37,965 nucleotides of DNA from a bacterium. Lineage in GTDB: Bacteria > SZUA-182 > DTGQ01 > JAFGSM01. The notes under the pieces were generated by a model. The model was not told the origin of the DNA and searched no databases. It was given only the letters and a program-made list of their open reading frames with translations. Position numbers and translations under genes: made by a program. Location of the stretch: assembly GCA_049472355.1 (NCBI GenBank), contig JBLIRP010000031.1, positions 1 through 37,965 on the forward strand, in the 5' to 3' direction. Below, in pieces: positions 28,244 through 37,965 of this stretch (its first letter is position 1; every line of letters starts with the position of its first letter).

Positions 28244-30008
28244 AGTAGGGATCGTGGACTGGATAAGCGGCCCGGTGATCAAGGCCGCAGATGTCCATGC
28301 CCTTGAAATGATGGAGCTTGTGGAGGTCGGCGAGGAAAGGCTCATCGGAGAGGTCATCGAGCTCGATGGGACGCGGGGTACGATCCAGGTCTATGAGAGC
28401 ACCACAGGACTCAAGCCCGGCTCATCGATCTTCGGCACGGGCATCCCCCTGTCCGTTGAGCTTGGTCCCGGTCTTATCGGCAATATCTACGACGGCATAC
28501 AGCGGCCCCTGCGCGATATTTTTGCCCACGCCGGAAATTTCATCGATAAAGGGGTGAAGGTCCATCCCCTCGACAGGGAAAGGAAGTGGCCGTTCCGGCC
28601 GGTGGTGAAAAAGGGTGACCCGGTCGGACCGGGGGCCGTCCTCGGCATCGTCCAGGAGACCCCCATATTTGAACATCGTGTCCTTCTTCCCCCCACTATT
28701 GAAGGCCGGATCGAGCATGTTGCAGAGGAAGGGGAATACCGTATCGATGAGCCCGTGATTCGGGTTTCGACAGCGGACGGGATCAAGGAAGTCGCCATGC
28801 TCCAGCACTGGCCGGTTCGTCTTCCACGGCCCTATCTGCGGCGTCTTTTGCCGGAGACACCCCTGATTACCGGCCAGCGGGTCATCGATACCTTCTTCCC
28901 CATCGCCAAGGGGGGGACCGCCGGTATCCCGGGGGGATTCGGCACCGGAAAGACCATCACTCAGCATCAGCTCTCCAAGTGGTCGGATGCGGATATCGTC
29001 GTCTACATCGGATGCGGCGAGCGGGGTAACGAGATGACCGGCGTGCTCACGGATTTCCCGAAGCTGCTGGATGTCAAAAGGGGCCGTCCCTTGATGGAGC
29101 GCACCATCCTGATCGCCAACACCTCGGACATGCCCCTGGCCGCGCGTGAGGCGAGCATCTATACGGGTATCACGATTTGCGAATACTACAGGGACATGGG
29201 ATATGACGTGGCCCTCATGGCGGACTCCACATCCCGCTGGGCCGAGGCCCTTCGCGAGATCTCCGGAAGGCTCGAGGAGATGCCGGCAGAGGAGGGGTTT
29301 CCCGCCTATCTCGCGAGTCGTCTCGGCAAGTTCTATGAGCGCGCGGGCCGGGTGAAGACCATGAACGGCCGGACAGGATCGATTACGGCGATTTGCGCGG
29401 TATCACCGCCCGGCGGTGATTTCTCCGAATGCGTGACACAGCATACCAAGCGGTTCGTGCGCTGCTTCTGGGGCCTTAATAAGGAGATGGCGAGCGCACG
29501 GTATTTCCCGGCCATCAACTACATGGACAGCTACAGCGAGTACCTTGATCTTGTGCAGAACTGGTGGCACAAAGAGGTTGACCCCCGCTGGCGTGACCTT
29601 CGGGAGGATGCCATGAAGGTGCTGCATCAGGACTACAAGCTCCAGCGTATCATCAAGCTCATCGGTGAGGACGCCCTTCCGGACAGCCAGCGTCTTATCC
29701 TCGAAACCGCCAGGCTGATCAAGGACGCCTTTCTGCAGCAGAATGCCTTTGACCATGTGGATACCTATGCCTTTCCGAAGAAACAGTTTCTGATGCTCAC
29801 GGTGATCATGCATTTCTATCACCGGGCATCCGAGATCCTGAAGGCCCATATCCCCATCTACAGGCTTATAGAGCTTCCCGTTCTCAATGAGATACACCGG
29901 ATGAAGGAGAACATTCCCAACGAGGAGGATGGACACTTTGATCGGATCATCGATCAGATCAACAACCAGATATCGGAAATCGAAAAGGAGTGTTTGGACG
30001 TCCTATGA
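28224..30008 (+). CDS. atpA: V/A-type ATPase catalytic subunit A
   Basis: P-loop [31 protein letters not shown] and [11 protein letters not shown]. Confidence 0.98.
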   Translation: MIMPRNEVGIVDWISGPVIKAADVHALEMMELVEVGEERLIGEVIELDGTRGTIQVYESTTGLKPGSSIFGTGIPLSVELGPGLIGNIYDGIQRPLRDIFAHAGNFIDKGVKVHPLDRERKWPFRPVVKKGDPVGPGAVLGIVQETPIFEHRVLLPPTIEGRIEHVAEEGEYRIDEPVIRVSTADGIKEVAMLQHWPVRLPRPYLRRLLPETPLITGQRVIDTFFPIAKGGTAGIPGGFGTGKTITQHQLSKWSDADIVVYIGCGERGNEMTGVLTDFPKLLDVKRGRPLMERTILIANTSDMPLAAREASIYTGITICEYYRDMGYDVALMADSTSRWAEALREISGRLEEMPAEEGFPAYLASRLGKFYERAGRVKTMNGRTGSITAICAVSPPGGDFSECVTQHTKRFVRCFWGLNKEMASARYFPAINYMDSYSEYLDLVQNWWHKEVDPRWRDLREDAMKVLHQDYKLQRIIKLIGEDALPDSQRLILETARLIKDAFLQQNAFDHVDTYAFPKKQFLMLTVIMHFYHRASEILKAHIPIYRLIELPVLNEIHRMKENIPNEEDGHFDRIIDQINNQISEIEKECLDVL

Positions 30009-31435
30009 ACGGTGCAGCAGGCAAGGAATATATCGGTGTTTCCAGGGTGTCGGGCCCGCTTCTTTTCATCGAGGATGTAAAGGGGGTAGGTTTTGACGAG
30101 GTCGTGGAAATCCGCACACACACCAATGAAATCAGGCACGGCAGGGTGCTGAGTGTCAGCAGGAACGCCGCGCTTGTCGAGGTCTTCGAGGGAACCGGGG
30201 GATTGACCATCACCGGCACCCGGATCCGGTTCAAGGGAAGGCCGATGCAGATCCCGGTTTCCATGGATATGCTCGGCAGGGTGTTCAACGGCATGGGTAT
30301 GCCCATTGACAGTTATCCCGAACCGGTTTCAAAGGAGCACCGGGACGTCAACGGGCTTCCCATCAATCCCATCGTGCGCCAGTATCCCTCCGACTTCATC
30401 CAGACTGGCATCTCCGCCATCGACTGCATGAACACCCTGGTGCAAGGCCAGAAGCTGCCCATATTCTCAGGCTCGGGCCTTCCCCACAACGAGCTTGCCG
30501 CCCAGATCGTCCGCCAGGCCATGGTTCCCGGCCACAATGAGCGGTTTGCCATCGTGTTTGCCGCCATGGGCATAAAAAACGATGTCGCCCACATGTTCCG
30601 GACGAGCTTCGAGGAGAGCGGGGCCATCTCCCGGGTGGTCATGTTCCTGAACCTCGCGAACGACCCCTCCATCGAGCGGCTCGTGACCCCGCGCTCGGCC
30701 CTCACCGTGGCCGAATACCTCGCCTTCGATCAGGGGATGCACGTGCTCGTGATCCTTACGGACATGACCAACTATTGCGAGGCACTGCGTGAGATCGCAA
30801 GCTCAAAGGGGGAGATTCCGAGCCGCAAGGGGTATCCGGGGTATCTGTACAGCGACCTTGCCTCCATCTACGAGCGTGCGGGAAAGATCAACGGGTGTGC
30901 GGGCTCCATCACCCAGATCCCCATCCTTACCATGCCGAACGACGACATCACCCATCCCATCCCGGACCTCACCGGGTTCATCACCGAGGGGCAGATCGTG
31001 CTGGACCGGGAGCTGAACAAGAAGGGGATCTATCCCCCCATCAACGAGTTGCCCAGCCTCTCCCGGCTCATGAATGACGGCATCGGTCAAGGAAAGACCA
31101 GGGATGATCACGCGAATATATCCAATCAGCTCTACGCGGCGTATTCCTATGTACGGAAGGTGGAGACACTCGCCTCCATCATCGGTGAGAACGAGTTGTC
31201 GGACAAGGACAAACGATACCTCGAGTTCGGCAGGGCATTCGATGAGCGATTCATCAGGCAGGATCTCCATGAAGAAAGAAGCATCAAGGAAACCCTTGAT
31301 CTTGCCTGGGAGATGGTCTCCATCCTGCCCAAGGAGGAGTTGATTCGGGTAACGGAAAGGCAGATCGAGCAGTATTATACGAAAAAGCAGGAAGAGCCGG
31401 GAAAAGAGGCTGAGATTCAATGTCAAAAAGATTAA
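30005..31435 (+). CDS. atpB: V/A-type ATPase subunit B
   Basis: [36 protein letters not shown] and [14 protein letters not shown], with an ATGA overlap with subunit A. Confidence 0.98.
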   Translation: MNGAAGKEYIGVSRVSGPLLFIEDVKGVGFDEVVEIRTHTNEIRHGRVLSVSRNAALVEVFEGTGGLTITGTRIRFKGRPMQIPVSMDMLGRVFNGMGMPIDSYPEPVSKEHRDVNGLPINPIVRQYPSDFIQTGISAIDCMNTLVQGQKLPIFSGSGLPHNELAAQIVRQAMVPGHNERFAIVFAAMGIKNDVAHMFRTSFEESGAISRVVMFLNLANDPSIERLVTPRSALTVAEYLAFDQGMHVLVILTDMTNYCEALREIASSKGEIPSRKGYPGYLYSDLASIYERAGKINGCAGSITQIPILTMPNDDITHPIPDLTGFITEGQIVLDRELNKKGIYPPINELPSLSRLMNDGIGQGKTRDDHANISNQLYAAYSYVRKVETLASIIGENELSDKDKRYLEFGRAFDERFIRQDLHEERSIKETLDLAWEMVSILPKEELIRVTERQIEQYYTKKQEEPGKEAEIQCQKD

Positions 31436-32040
31436 GCATCTCTATAACAAAAAGCAATGTCCTGAGCATAAAGGAAGAGCTTGAGTTTGCCCAGGAAGGC
31501 TATGACATCCTTGAGCAGAAGAGGGAGGTCCTCGTTATGGAGGTCATGGGACTCATCGAGGATTTCAGACGCTGCAAAAAGGATGTGGAGGATTCCCTGA
31601 CCCTTGCGTATGGATCCCTGAGGATGTCACAGATGATTTTAGGGGAGAAGAGGGTGTTGAAGGCCGCCCTTTCCTCGGTCCCGTCCGAGGATATCAGGGT
31701 GAGGGACAGGAGTATCATGGGGATCGTGGTTCCCATCATCAGCTTCACCACAAAAAAGACATCATGTAATCAATACGGATTCCAGGACACCTCCCACTGC
31801 CTTGACACAACGGTGAAACAATTCCACTCCTGTCTTGAGAAATTGGCCAAGCTTTCCCAGATCGAAATCACCCTGTGGAGGCTTGTCAATGAATTGAAAA
31901 AAACGCAAAGAAGGGCCAATGCCCTGAACAATATATTTATTCCCGAATATAGGGATACCATCAAATACCTCGAGGATAACCTCGAGGAAAAGGAAAGGGA
32001 AGAGATCTTTCAGTTAAAACAGGTAAAGAAAAGGGCGTAA
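31420..32040 (+). CDS. atpD: V/A-type ATPase subunit D
   Basis: [24 protein letters not shown]...IP and LEEKERE motifs. Confidence 0.96.
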   Translation: MSKRLSISITKSNVLSIKEELEFAQEGYDILEQKREVLVMEVMGLIEDFRRCKKDVEDSLTLAYGSLRMSQMILGEKRVLKAALSSVPSEDIRVRDRSIMGIVVPIISFTTKKTSCNQYGFQDTSHCLDTTVKQFHSCLEKLAKLSQIEITLWRLVNELKKTQRRANALNNIFIPEYRDTIKYLEDNLEEKEREEIFQLKQVKKRA

Positions 32041-32071
32041 TCATAAACATAAGGTCATTAGCTTTTTTTAC

Positions 32072-32108
32072 TTGACGGAAAATTGGTTATTTGGAAAAAT
32101 TAAAAATA
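32072..32108 (+). promoter_or_regulatory. Putative promoter/operator of the ArsR-family gene
   Basis: TTGACG-17-AAAAAT. ATTTGG-N8-AAAATA at 32089-32108 has a degenerate right half. Confidence 0.5.
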
Positions 32109-32137
32109 AATATCCATGTCATCAAGGGGGTGTATCT

Positions 32138-32458
32138 ATGAACGATATATCAAGACTCCGTTCAACCGCACAGGCGAAGGTCATAAAGGCCATGGCACAT
32201 CCGACCCGTCTTTGTATCGTTGACGAATTATCCCGTCATGAAAGATGTGTGTGTGAGCTTACAAGAATGATCGGCGCAGATATGTCCACCGTATCCAAGC
32301 ATCTCTCCGTGCTGAAAGGAGCGGGCCTCGTCAAGGATGAAAAACGCGGGACCCAGATCTATTATTCATTGAAATGCCCGTGTATCCTGAACTTTGTGCA
32401 TTGCGTTGAAAAGGTGCTGAAGAGCAATGCCAAAGAGCACCTGGCTTTGGTCTTGTGA
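32138..32458 (+). CDS. arsR: ArsR/SmtB-family metalloregulator
   Basis: KAMAHPTRL, ERCVCEL, STVSKHLSVLK.AGLV...KRG...YYSL and a C-terminal CPC, with an AAGGGGGTG RBS. Confidence 0.93.
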   Translation: MNDISRLRSTAQAKVIKAMAHPTRLCIVDELSRHERCVCELTRMIGADMSTVSKHLSVLKGAGLVKDEKRGTQIYYSLKCPCILNFVHCVEKVLKSNAKEHLALVL

Positions 32459-32554
32459 ACACCTTGTATGGATCAAATTTGAAATAGATTGATGTGCTGA
32501 ATCCGTAAGATTAGGTGTCAACCTTACACAACAACCGTCATACGAATACAAGGG

Positions 32555-33001
32555 GTGAGTTTTATGTCTGACTTTCAGGTCGATCCGTATCTTTGTAGCC
32601 CTGGATCCAAATTGATCTTTGCTTGCTCCGGGGGATCAGACACCGGGGAGATTGCCGACAGGGTTGCACGTAAACTCAGCAAGGATGGGGTTGGCAAGAT
32701 GTTCTGCCTGGCCGGGATCGGAGGATGGATCAACTGGATTATAATTTCTACGGACACTGCATTGAAGGTTTTGGTCATCGATGGATGTCCACTGAATTGT
32801 GCCAAAAAGACGATGGAGCATTCGGGATTTAATAATTTTGAACATATCTGTTTGGCTGATTTGGGCCTTCAGAAAGGGAAATCGCCCGTAACAGAGGGCA
32901 CAATTGAGATAATTGCGGATAAAATAAAGGCAATGGTAACATATCTCTGGAATGTACCCGAAGAATGCAAGGACCGCGAATCAGCCGGAAACATAAGCTG
33001 A
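32555..33001 (+). CDS. DGC-domain putative zinc-binding protein
   Basis: FACSG..D.G, MFCLAGIG and IDGCPLNCAKK motifs. Confidence 0.9.
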   Translation: MSFMSDFQVDPYLCSPGSKLIFACSGGSDTGEIADRVARKLSKDGVGKMFCLAGIGGWINWIIISTDTALKVLVIDGCPLNCAKKTMEHSGFNNFEHICLADLGLQKGKSPVTEGTIEIIADKIKAMVTYLWNVPEECKDRESAGNIS

Positions 33002-33064
33002 AAAACTGTTTCAGTTTATAGCGGTTCTTCCAATGTTCTTGGTGGATGTAAAGGATCTGATTTT

Positions 33065-33265
33065 GAAAAACATCGATTCAGTATCCCGGACCCGCCTCAG
33101 GGAAAGATGTGGTTTCTTTCCATCGACACAGGCAAGGATTCACCGCATGATATCTTGCCGGTCGGGGAGGAAAAATCTCTTGAGAATCAGGATCATTACA
33201 GCCTGGAGCAGCGCTCCATGGTTGTTTTGTTTGCGTATGAGGAAGAGCCGACCGCTGAGGTATAG
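33065..33265 (+). pseudogene. glgX: 3' fragment of glycogen debranching enzyme/isoamylase
   Basis: Translates EKHRFSIPDPPQGKMWFLSIDTGKDSPHDILPVGEEKSLENQDHYSLEQRSMVVLFAY...*, matching the F..P...W...DT...P.DI...RS.VVL C-terminal pattern of GlgX. Confidence 0.7.
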
Positions 33266-33388
33266 CTGATTGTAAGCATTTATTTCCGTAAATTGAATAT
33301 ATACCATTTTCCTTTCAAAACATGCGCTTCAATCCGCGATGCCGGATTGACCGGATTAAAATGGTGTGACATGATCATGGATGTGAAC

Positions 33389-33424
33389 TTGACATTTATT
33401 GAAAACTTGGTAAAATAACCAATA
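33389..33424 (+). promoter_or_regulatory. sigma70 promoter with ACTTGG-N8-CCAATA box
   Basis: TTGACA-16-TAAAAT; the box lies at 33405-33424. Confidence 0.6.
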
Positions 33425-33827
33425 GAGAACAAGAAATAATTGTATGGTTCAGTATCACATTTGGACAGTGGCGAGGGCGGCCCGTATTATAGTGATGCAT
33501 CATTTATATTTTAATCCCCTTTGTTACGTTATATTATCCCCTCCTGCGTAACAACAGGATTTGGATTCTTGGAAAGGCGGGCCGCCCTTTGATTTTTTAC
33601 TTTTGAGAAAGAAGGATTCTGATCCTTTGGAAATCATAACCGGATGTTTTAGGCGTTTGATTTATCATCTATCCGGACTGATGGGTGAATAAAAATGGAA
33701 GGGTCAGATGATGTCCATGATAAATAAAGTATGCGGAATTTATGTTGCCGCCGTATGAGTTTTTATCGATGAAATGGAGTGAAAATAGGAAGGCTTCATT
33801 TTTGTTTGTCAACAAAAATACATACGT

Positions 33828-33863
33828 TTGACATATTTTGGTAATTTGGCTATACTACCAAAT
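33828..33863 (+). promoter_or_regulatory. sigma70 promoter with perfect ATTTGG-N8-CCAAAT palindrome
   Basis: TTGACA-17-TATACT. The palindrome at 33844-33863 brackets the -10 box upstream of the cytochrome gene. Confidence 0.8.
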
Positions 33864-34007
33864 AGTGATGATTTGACCGGATCATGAAACGACAACTATA
33901 ACAAGTATCTTTTCCCGAACGATCAATGCCTTTATGCGGACCGAATCAAACAGGCATTATCCGGGCGGACCTGGTATGGAAGTCTTTCGTTGAATCCGTA
34001 AAGAAAG

Positions 34008-34766
34008 ATGGTGATGAGAATGGGTTTTCAGAGATACACCTTTATAAAAAAGCTATTACTACTGATTGCCGTCGTGGCGATCGTGGCGGGCGTGGGATTC
34101 GCCGGCATCGAGATCACGTGTTCCCCGTGGTTCTGCAACCGCTGTCATGAGATGAATGTCTATTATGACACATGGGAACTCTGCAATCACGGTGCCCGGG
34201 GAAGCTGTATGCATTGCCATGCCCAGCCGGGTTTCCTGAATTTCCTCAAGGCGAAGGTCAACGGATTGTTCTCCCTTTTTTTCCATGTTCTCGGCTTTGA
34301 TCATATTGAGGCGACACTTCCCGTGGTATGCCTCCGGGAGGGATGCCATGTCCTTGAGAAGATAGACGCCGGTGAGTACGCAAGGGAGGATGCCGTCAAG
34401 ACCGTGAAACTGGATCATGTGCGTCATGTGGAGCTCACCGGGAGGATAGGAACACGCTACGAGTGCATCCCCTGCCACAAAAACATCGCCCATGCCAGAA
34501 ACAGGGAATTCATGCCCGATATGAAGGAGACCTGTTTTATCTGTCATTCCGATTCGGATATACGGTATCAAAATTGTTCCATCTGCCATCCACGCCATCC
34601 GCGTATTGAAGGGGATGTCGATGAGATCTATGAAATACATGAGGGTGAAGGAGTGAAATGTGAGGATTGTCATATCGATGCGCATAAGGCAAACGAGATT
34701 TCCTGTCTGAATTGCCATGATGAATCCTACGCGGATCTCATCACATTTAAGGTCAAAACGGATTAA
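34008..34766 (+). CDS. Membrane-anchored multiheme cytochrome c (NapC/NirT-like N-terminus; 7 CxxCH + 1 Cx4CH)
   Basis: One N-terminal TM, then CNRCHEM, CMHCH, CLREGCH, CIPCH, CFICH, CSICH, CEDCH and CLNCH. Confidence 0.92.
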   Translation: MVMRMGFQRYTFIKKLLLLIAVVAIVAGVGFAGIEITCSPWFCNRCHEMNVYYDTWELCNHGARGSCMHCHAQPGFLNFLKAKVNGLFSLFFHVLGFDHIEATLPVVCLREGCHVLEKIDAGEYAREDAVKTVKLDHVRHVELTGRIGTRYECIPCHKNIAHARNREFMPDMKETCFICHSDSDIRYQNCSICHPRHPRIEGDVDEIYEIHEGEGVKCEDCHIDAHKANEISCLNCHDESYADLITFKVKTD

Positions 34767-34796
34767 GGGTGAAGGTTTTTGTACCTGCAGGGAAGA

Positions 34797-35112
34797 ATGG
34801 ATATGGCGGGGAAAATGAATATCGTAAAAAAGGATTTAAAGCAGACGGCGCGGGAGAAGAGCGGTTCGATAGAACTTGCCGACCGGGGGGCTCTGGAGGC
34901 CGCTTGTGAAAAAAATCGCCCGCACTATGCCGTACTGCTTCGCCGGCTTTATCGAAGGATGCGAAACATACTTGCCAAAGGCGCTTACCTCGTACGACTT
35001 ACATGATTTTACCAGGGAGATTGAGGATTGCGAGAGGGTGCTCGCCATCAAGCCGGATTTTTCCCCGGCGGGGCGCCTGAAAACGGCTATCGAGATGAAG
35101 ATCTTCGGATAA
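34797..35112 (+). other. Possible degraded gene with a TPR-like fragment
   Basis: Two overlapping short ORFs; REIEDCERVLAIKPDFSPA resembles a TPR helix B. There is no clean start. Confidence 0.25.
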
Positions 35113-35459
35113 CATAAACACAGGATGACAGAACGGATGAAGGTAAGGAACTTTTGCCCCTGCCGGTGGGGTGGCACCTAATATACCCAATACAGCGCTT
35201 TTTTATACCTTGCACGGGCATATATTGAGCCTTTAAACCTGCCGCGGAGAGTAGCGGAGATTATAGGGTATGGTTTTTTCTGTGCCCTCTGCGAAGAAAA
35301 TGAAAACTCGACTATATACCGTTTAAGGTATGCATGTTGCTCAAGACAATGCCCTATCTCAACAATGGTAACAATGTGATCTCAGGCATCCGCAATGGTT
35401 CTGAATATCGTGAAGTACTGTCTGAAAATGTGAATAAACATCAAGGGGGATAAAACATT

Positions 35460-36758
35460 ATGGATTGGAAGAAGGAATGGAAGCCGCTCCTGATCATCGC
35501 GGCTGTCTTTCTGGCATGTTTTTTTGTTCCTGTTGGCATGGCGCGGTTCGACAACGCGGTCATGGAGGCGATTCACCTTGTTAAATGGTATGCGCGGGAG
35601 CACGTGCTCCTGTGCCTGGTACCGGCCTTCTTTATAGCCGGGGCCATTGCCGTATTCATCAGCCAGGCCTCGGTCATGAAATATCTTGGGGCAAAGGCCA
35701 ACAAGGTGCTTGCATACGGCGTGGCATCGGTCTCCGGCACAGTCCTTGCCGTATGCTCCTGTACGGTGCTCCCGCTCTTTGCCGGCATCTACGGCATGGG
35801 CGCCGGTATCGGCCCTGCAACCGCCTTTCTCTATTCAGGGCCTGCCATCAACATCCTGGCCATCATCCTCACCGCCCGGGTCCTGGGATTGGAGATAGGC
35901 GTGGCACGGGCGGTAGGCGCCGTGTCCTTCAGCATCATCATCGGCCTGTGCATGCACTTCATCTTCCGCAAGGGGGAGATCGCCAAGGCCAACGCCCAGA
36001 TGGCCATGCCCGAGCCTGAGGTGACGAGGCCCCTGTGGAAGACCACCGCCTATTTCGCCACCATGATCGCGATCCTTGTGTTTGCCAACTGGGGGAAGTG
36101 CCAGGAGACCGTCGGCTTGTGGTACGCCATCTATTCTGCCAAGTGGATGATCACGGGGCTCTTTTCGATCCTCTTTGCGGTGATTCTCGTCGCATGGTTC
36201 GATATCAGGTGGCGGGATGTCCTGCTGGTTGCAGTGCCTACAGCGGCCCTTGCGCTCATATTCCCCGGCAGGCCGGAGATACCCTTCACGCTCGGTGTCA
36301 TCGGCCTTTCGGTGATCACGAGCACGAAGAAGGGTGAGGCAGGGGACTGGTTCAAGGCAACCTGGGATTTCGCAAAGCAGATACTTCCCCTCCTTCTCTT
36401 CGGCGTGCTTATTTCAGGCCTGCTGCTCGGCCGTCCGGGGCAGGAGGGGCTCATACCATCCGTATGGGTGAGCGGCCTTGTGGGCGGGAACTCCGTTTTT
36501 GCGAATTTCTTTGCCTCCATTGTGGGCGCATTCATGTATTTTGCCACGCTGACGGAGATCCCTATTCTTGAGGCGCTCATGGGAAGCGGCATGGGAAAGG
36601 GCCCGGCCCTTGCGCTCCTGCTTGCAGGGCCAGCCCTGTCCTTGCCCAGCATGCTTGTCATCCGGAGCGTCATGGGGACAAAGAAGACCATTGTCTTCGT
36701 CAGCCTCGTGGTGATCATGGCCACGATAACGGGCATGTTGTATGGATTCCTTTTTTAG
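35460..36758 (+). CDS. DUF318/ArsP-like permease
   Basis: REHVLLCLVPAFFIAGAI, AVCSCTVLPLF, FLYSGPAIN, FMYFATLTE and LLAGPALSLP motifs, with an AAGGGGGA RBS. Confidence 0.92.
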   Translation: MDWKKEWKPLLIIAAVFLACFFVPVGMARFDNAVMEAIHLVKWYAREHVLLCLVPAFFIAGAIAVFISQASVMKYLGAKANKVLAYGVASVSGTVLAVCSCTVLPLFAGIYGMGAGIGPATAFLYSGPAINILAIILTARVLGLEIGVARAVGAVSFSIIIGLCMHFIFRKGEIAKANAQMAMPEPEVTRPLWKTTAYFATMIAILVFANWGKCQETVGLWYAIYSAKWMITGLFSILFAVILVAWFDIRWRDVLLVAVPTAALALIFPGRPEIPFTLGVIGLSVITSTKKGEAGDWFKATWDFAKQILPLLLFGVLISGLLLGRPGQEGLIPSVWVSGLVGGNSVFANFFASIVGAFMYFATLTEIPILEALMGSGMGKGPALALLLAGPALSLPSMLVIRSVMGTKKTIVFVSLVVIMATITGMLYGFLF

Positions 36759-36900
36759 CGGATTCATTAGAATAATCGTTGTACGCTCATTCTTCGTTAC
36801 CATCATCCGATTCGGACAATGGCGACCTCGGAATACTAATTCACTGGATTTGCTATAATGTCAGTCATCATAAGCTATTTATAATGGGAGGATTTGAAGT

Positions 36901-37296
36901 ATGTCCGGAGGAAAATGCCTATGCGGAGGAGGCGATGTCGTAATGTATGCCTGTTCCGGTGCAGCGAATGTGGGACAGATCGCCAACCAGGCCGCAGTGG
37001 AATTGACCCAGGAAGGCGTCGGAAGCATGAATTGTGCGGTCGGCATTGGGGCTCATGTAAGCGGAATGATCGCCACGGGCAGAGGCGCCCGGAGAATCGT
37101 GGCGCTCGACGGTTGCCCTCTCAAATGCGTACAAAAGGTCCTTGAGCAAGTTCAGCTTGAGCCTTCCGACTATATACTGGTAACCGATCTTGGCATAGAA
37201 AAGACCGCAGGCAATTGCAGCTTTACCCGAGAGCAGGTTGATAAGGTCAAGGAAGCGGTCATCAAATCGATGAGGGCGGGTGTTTCAAGGGAATAA
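36901..37296 (+). CDS. DGC-domain putative zinc-binding protein (second copy)
   Basis: CLC, YACSGAANVGQ, MNCAVGIG and LDGCPLKC motifs. It has a GGAGG RBS and an extended -10 TGCTATAAT at 36851-36859. Confidence 0.9.
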   Translation: MSGGKCLCGGGDVVMYACSGAANVGQIANQAAVELTQEGVGSMNCAVGIGAHVSGMIATGRGARRIVALDGCPLKCVQKVLEQVQLEPSDYILVTDLGIEKTAGNCSFTREQVDKVKEAVIKSMRAGVSRE

Positions 37297-37348
37297 TCTC
37301 AACGTCATGTTCGACCGTTGCATAAGGTTGATGTGGCTGATCCTTTTT

Positions 37349-37396
37349 AAAAAAACGGGGGTGATACCTTGTATCGGTTAGGTATTACCCCCGTTT
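37349..37396 (-). terminator. Rho-independent terminator between convergent genes
   Basis: AAACGGGGGTGATACCT...AGGTATTACCCCCGTTT inverted repeat, with a T run on the minus strand. Confidence 0.8.
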
Positions 37397-37452
37397 GTCA
37401 TGATTTTTGCGCAAAAAATAAGGGTCTTATTACCCCTTCGATCTTGAAAACA

Positions 37453-37854
37453 TTACCACATACCGTACATGCCGTAGAGGCCGCCGTACATGCCGCCGTA
37501 CATACCGCCGTACATACCGCCATAGAGACCGCCGTACATGCCGCCATACATGCCATACATACCGCCGTACATACCGTACATACCGCCGTAGAGGCCGCCG
37601 TACATACCGCCGTACATACCATACATGCCGCCGTACATACCGCCATACATGCCGTAGAGGCCGTAGCCATATGTCCCGTATCCGTTGTATATGGATGCAG
37701 GATAATTATAGAGATTGCCGGTACCGCTGACCAGCATGCCGCTTGAACCCCCGTAAAGACCTCCGTAATAGGCTTCACCTGGTTGAATAAGGCAGAAAAT
37801 CAAAGAAATCACAAGACATACGATCATGAATGTGCCAATTCCGTTCTTTTTCAT
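37453..37854 (-). CDS. Secreted Gly/Tyr/Met-rich repeat protein
   Basis: AGGAG RBS and a Sec signal ending GEA. The mature protein starts YYGGL and continues with GMYG/GMY/GLYG repeats. Confidence 0.85.
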   Translation of the reverse strand: MKKNGIGTFMIVCLVISLIFCLIQPGEAYYGGLYGGSSGMLVSGTGNLYNYPASIYNGYGTYGYGLYGMYGGMYGGMYGMYGGMYGGLYGGMYGMYGGMYGMYGGMYGGLYGGMYGGMYGGMYGGLYGMYGMW

Positions 37855-37965
37855 CTTCGTTATCTCCTATTGCTTTCGATTTTCCGAGCTTACACAAAGG
37901 AAAAACACAGTAGCGATCTATACAAAATCTGTCATGAGGCAACCTCCTTTTGGATGTTTTATCCT

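Noticed and set aside
33033..33269. 78-aa ORF in the track
   Set aside because: A different frame carries the recognisable GlgX-like sequence.
37369..37778. His-rich (HTAV)n and (CTAV)n ORFs
   Set aside because: Antisense or shifted shadows of the GMYG-repeat gene.

Overview
Bacterial genomic window; gene content suggests an anaerobe, but taxonomy cannot be fixed from sequence alone. (1) 1-6.7 kb is an AT-rich conflict/scar region. It holds the 3' part of an Rhs/YD-repeat toxin with a 226-aa C-terminal domain, a candidate lipoprotein immunity gene, a decayed TGT...ACA-ended integrase-core IS plus an older copy of its end, a frameshifted HEPN gene with a degenerate MNT-like partner, and an Rhs relic. 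(2) 7-19.6 kb holds a GAF-3xPAS hybrid histidine kinase, a 5'-nucleotidase, tRNA-Arg(UCU) with a DUF4258/YgiT remnant, a secreted charge-free Gly/Tyr/Leu repeat protein, a secreted HEXXH metalloprotease, and a DUF819-epimerase-amidase peptidoglycan-recycling cluster. (3) 19.7-37.3 kb is a block marked by five ATTTGG-N8-CCAAAT-like boxes. It contains a thioredoxin relic, a complete V/A-type ATPase operon (H-C-I-K-[LVIVD propeller]-F-E-A-B-D), an ArsR-family regulator, two DGC proteins, a glgX relic, a membrane-anchored 8-heme cytochrome c and a DUF318 permease. (4) The window ends with a second secreted Gly/Tyr/Met repeat protein. The best candidates for something undescribed are the pair of secreted YGG-repeat proteins and the putative ArsR-controlled module linking a V/A-ATPase with a multiheme cytochrome and thiol/metalloid genes. 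All family assignments come from motif recognition by eye; no searches were run.
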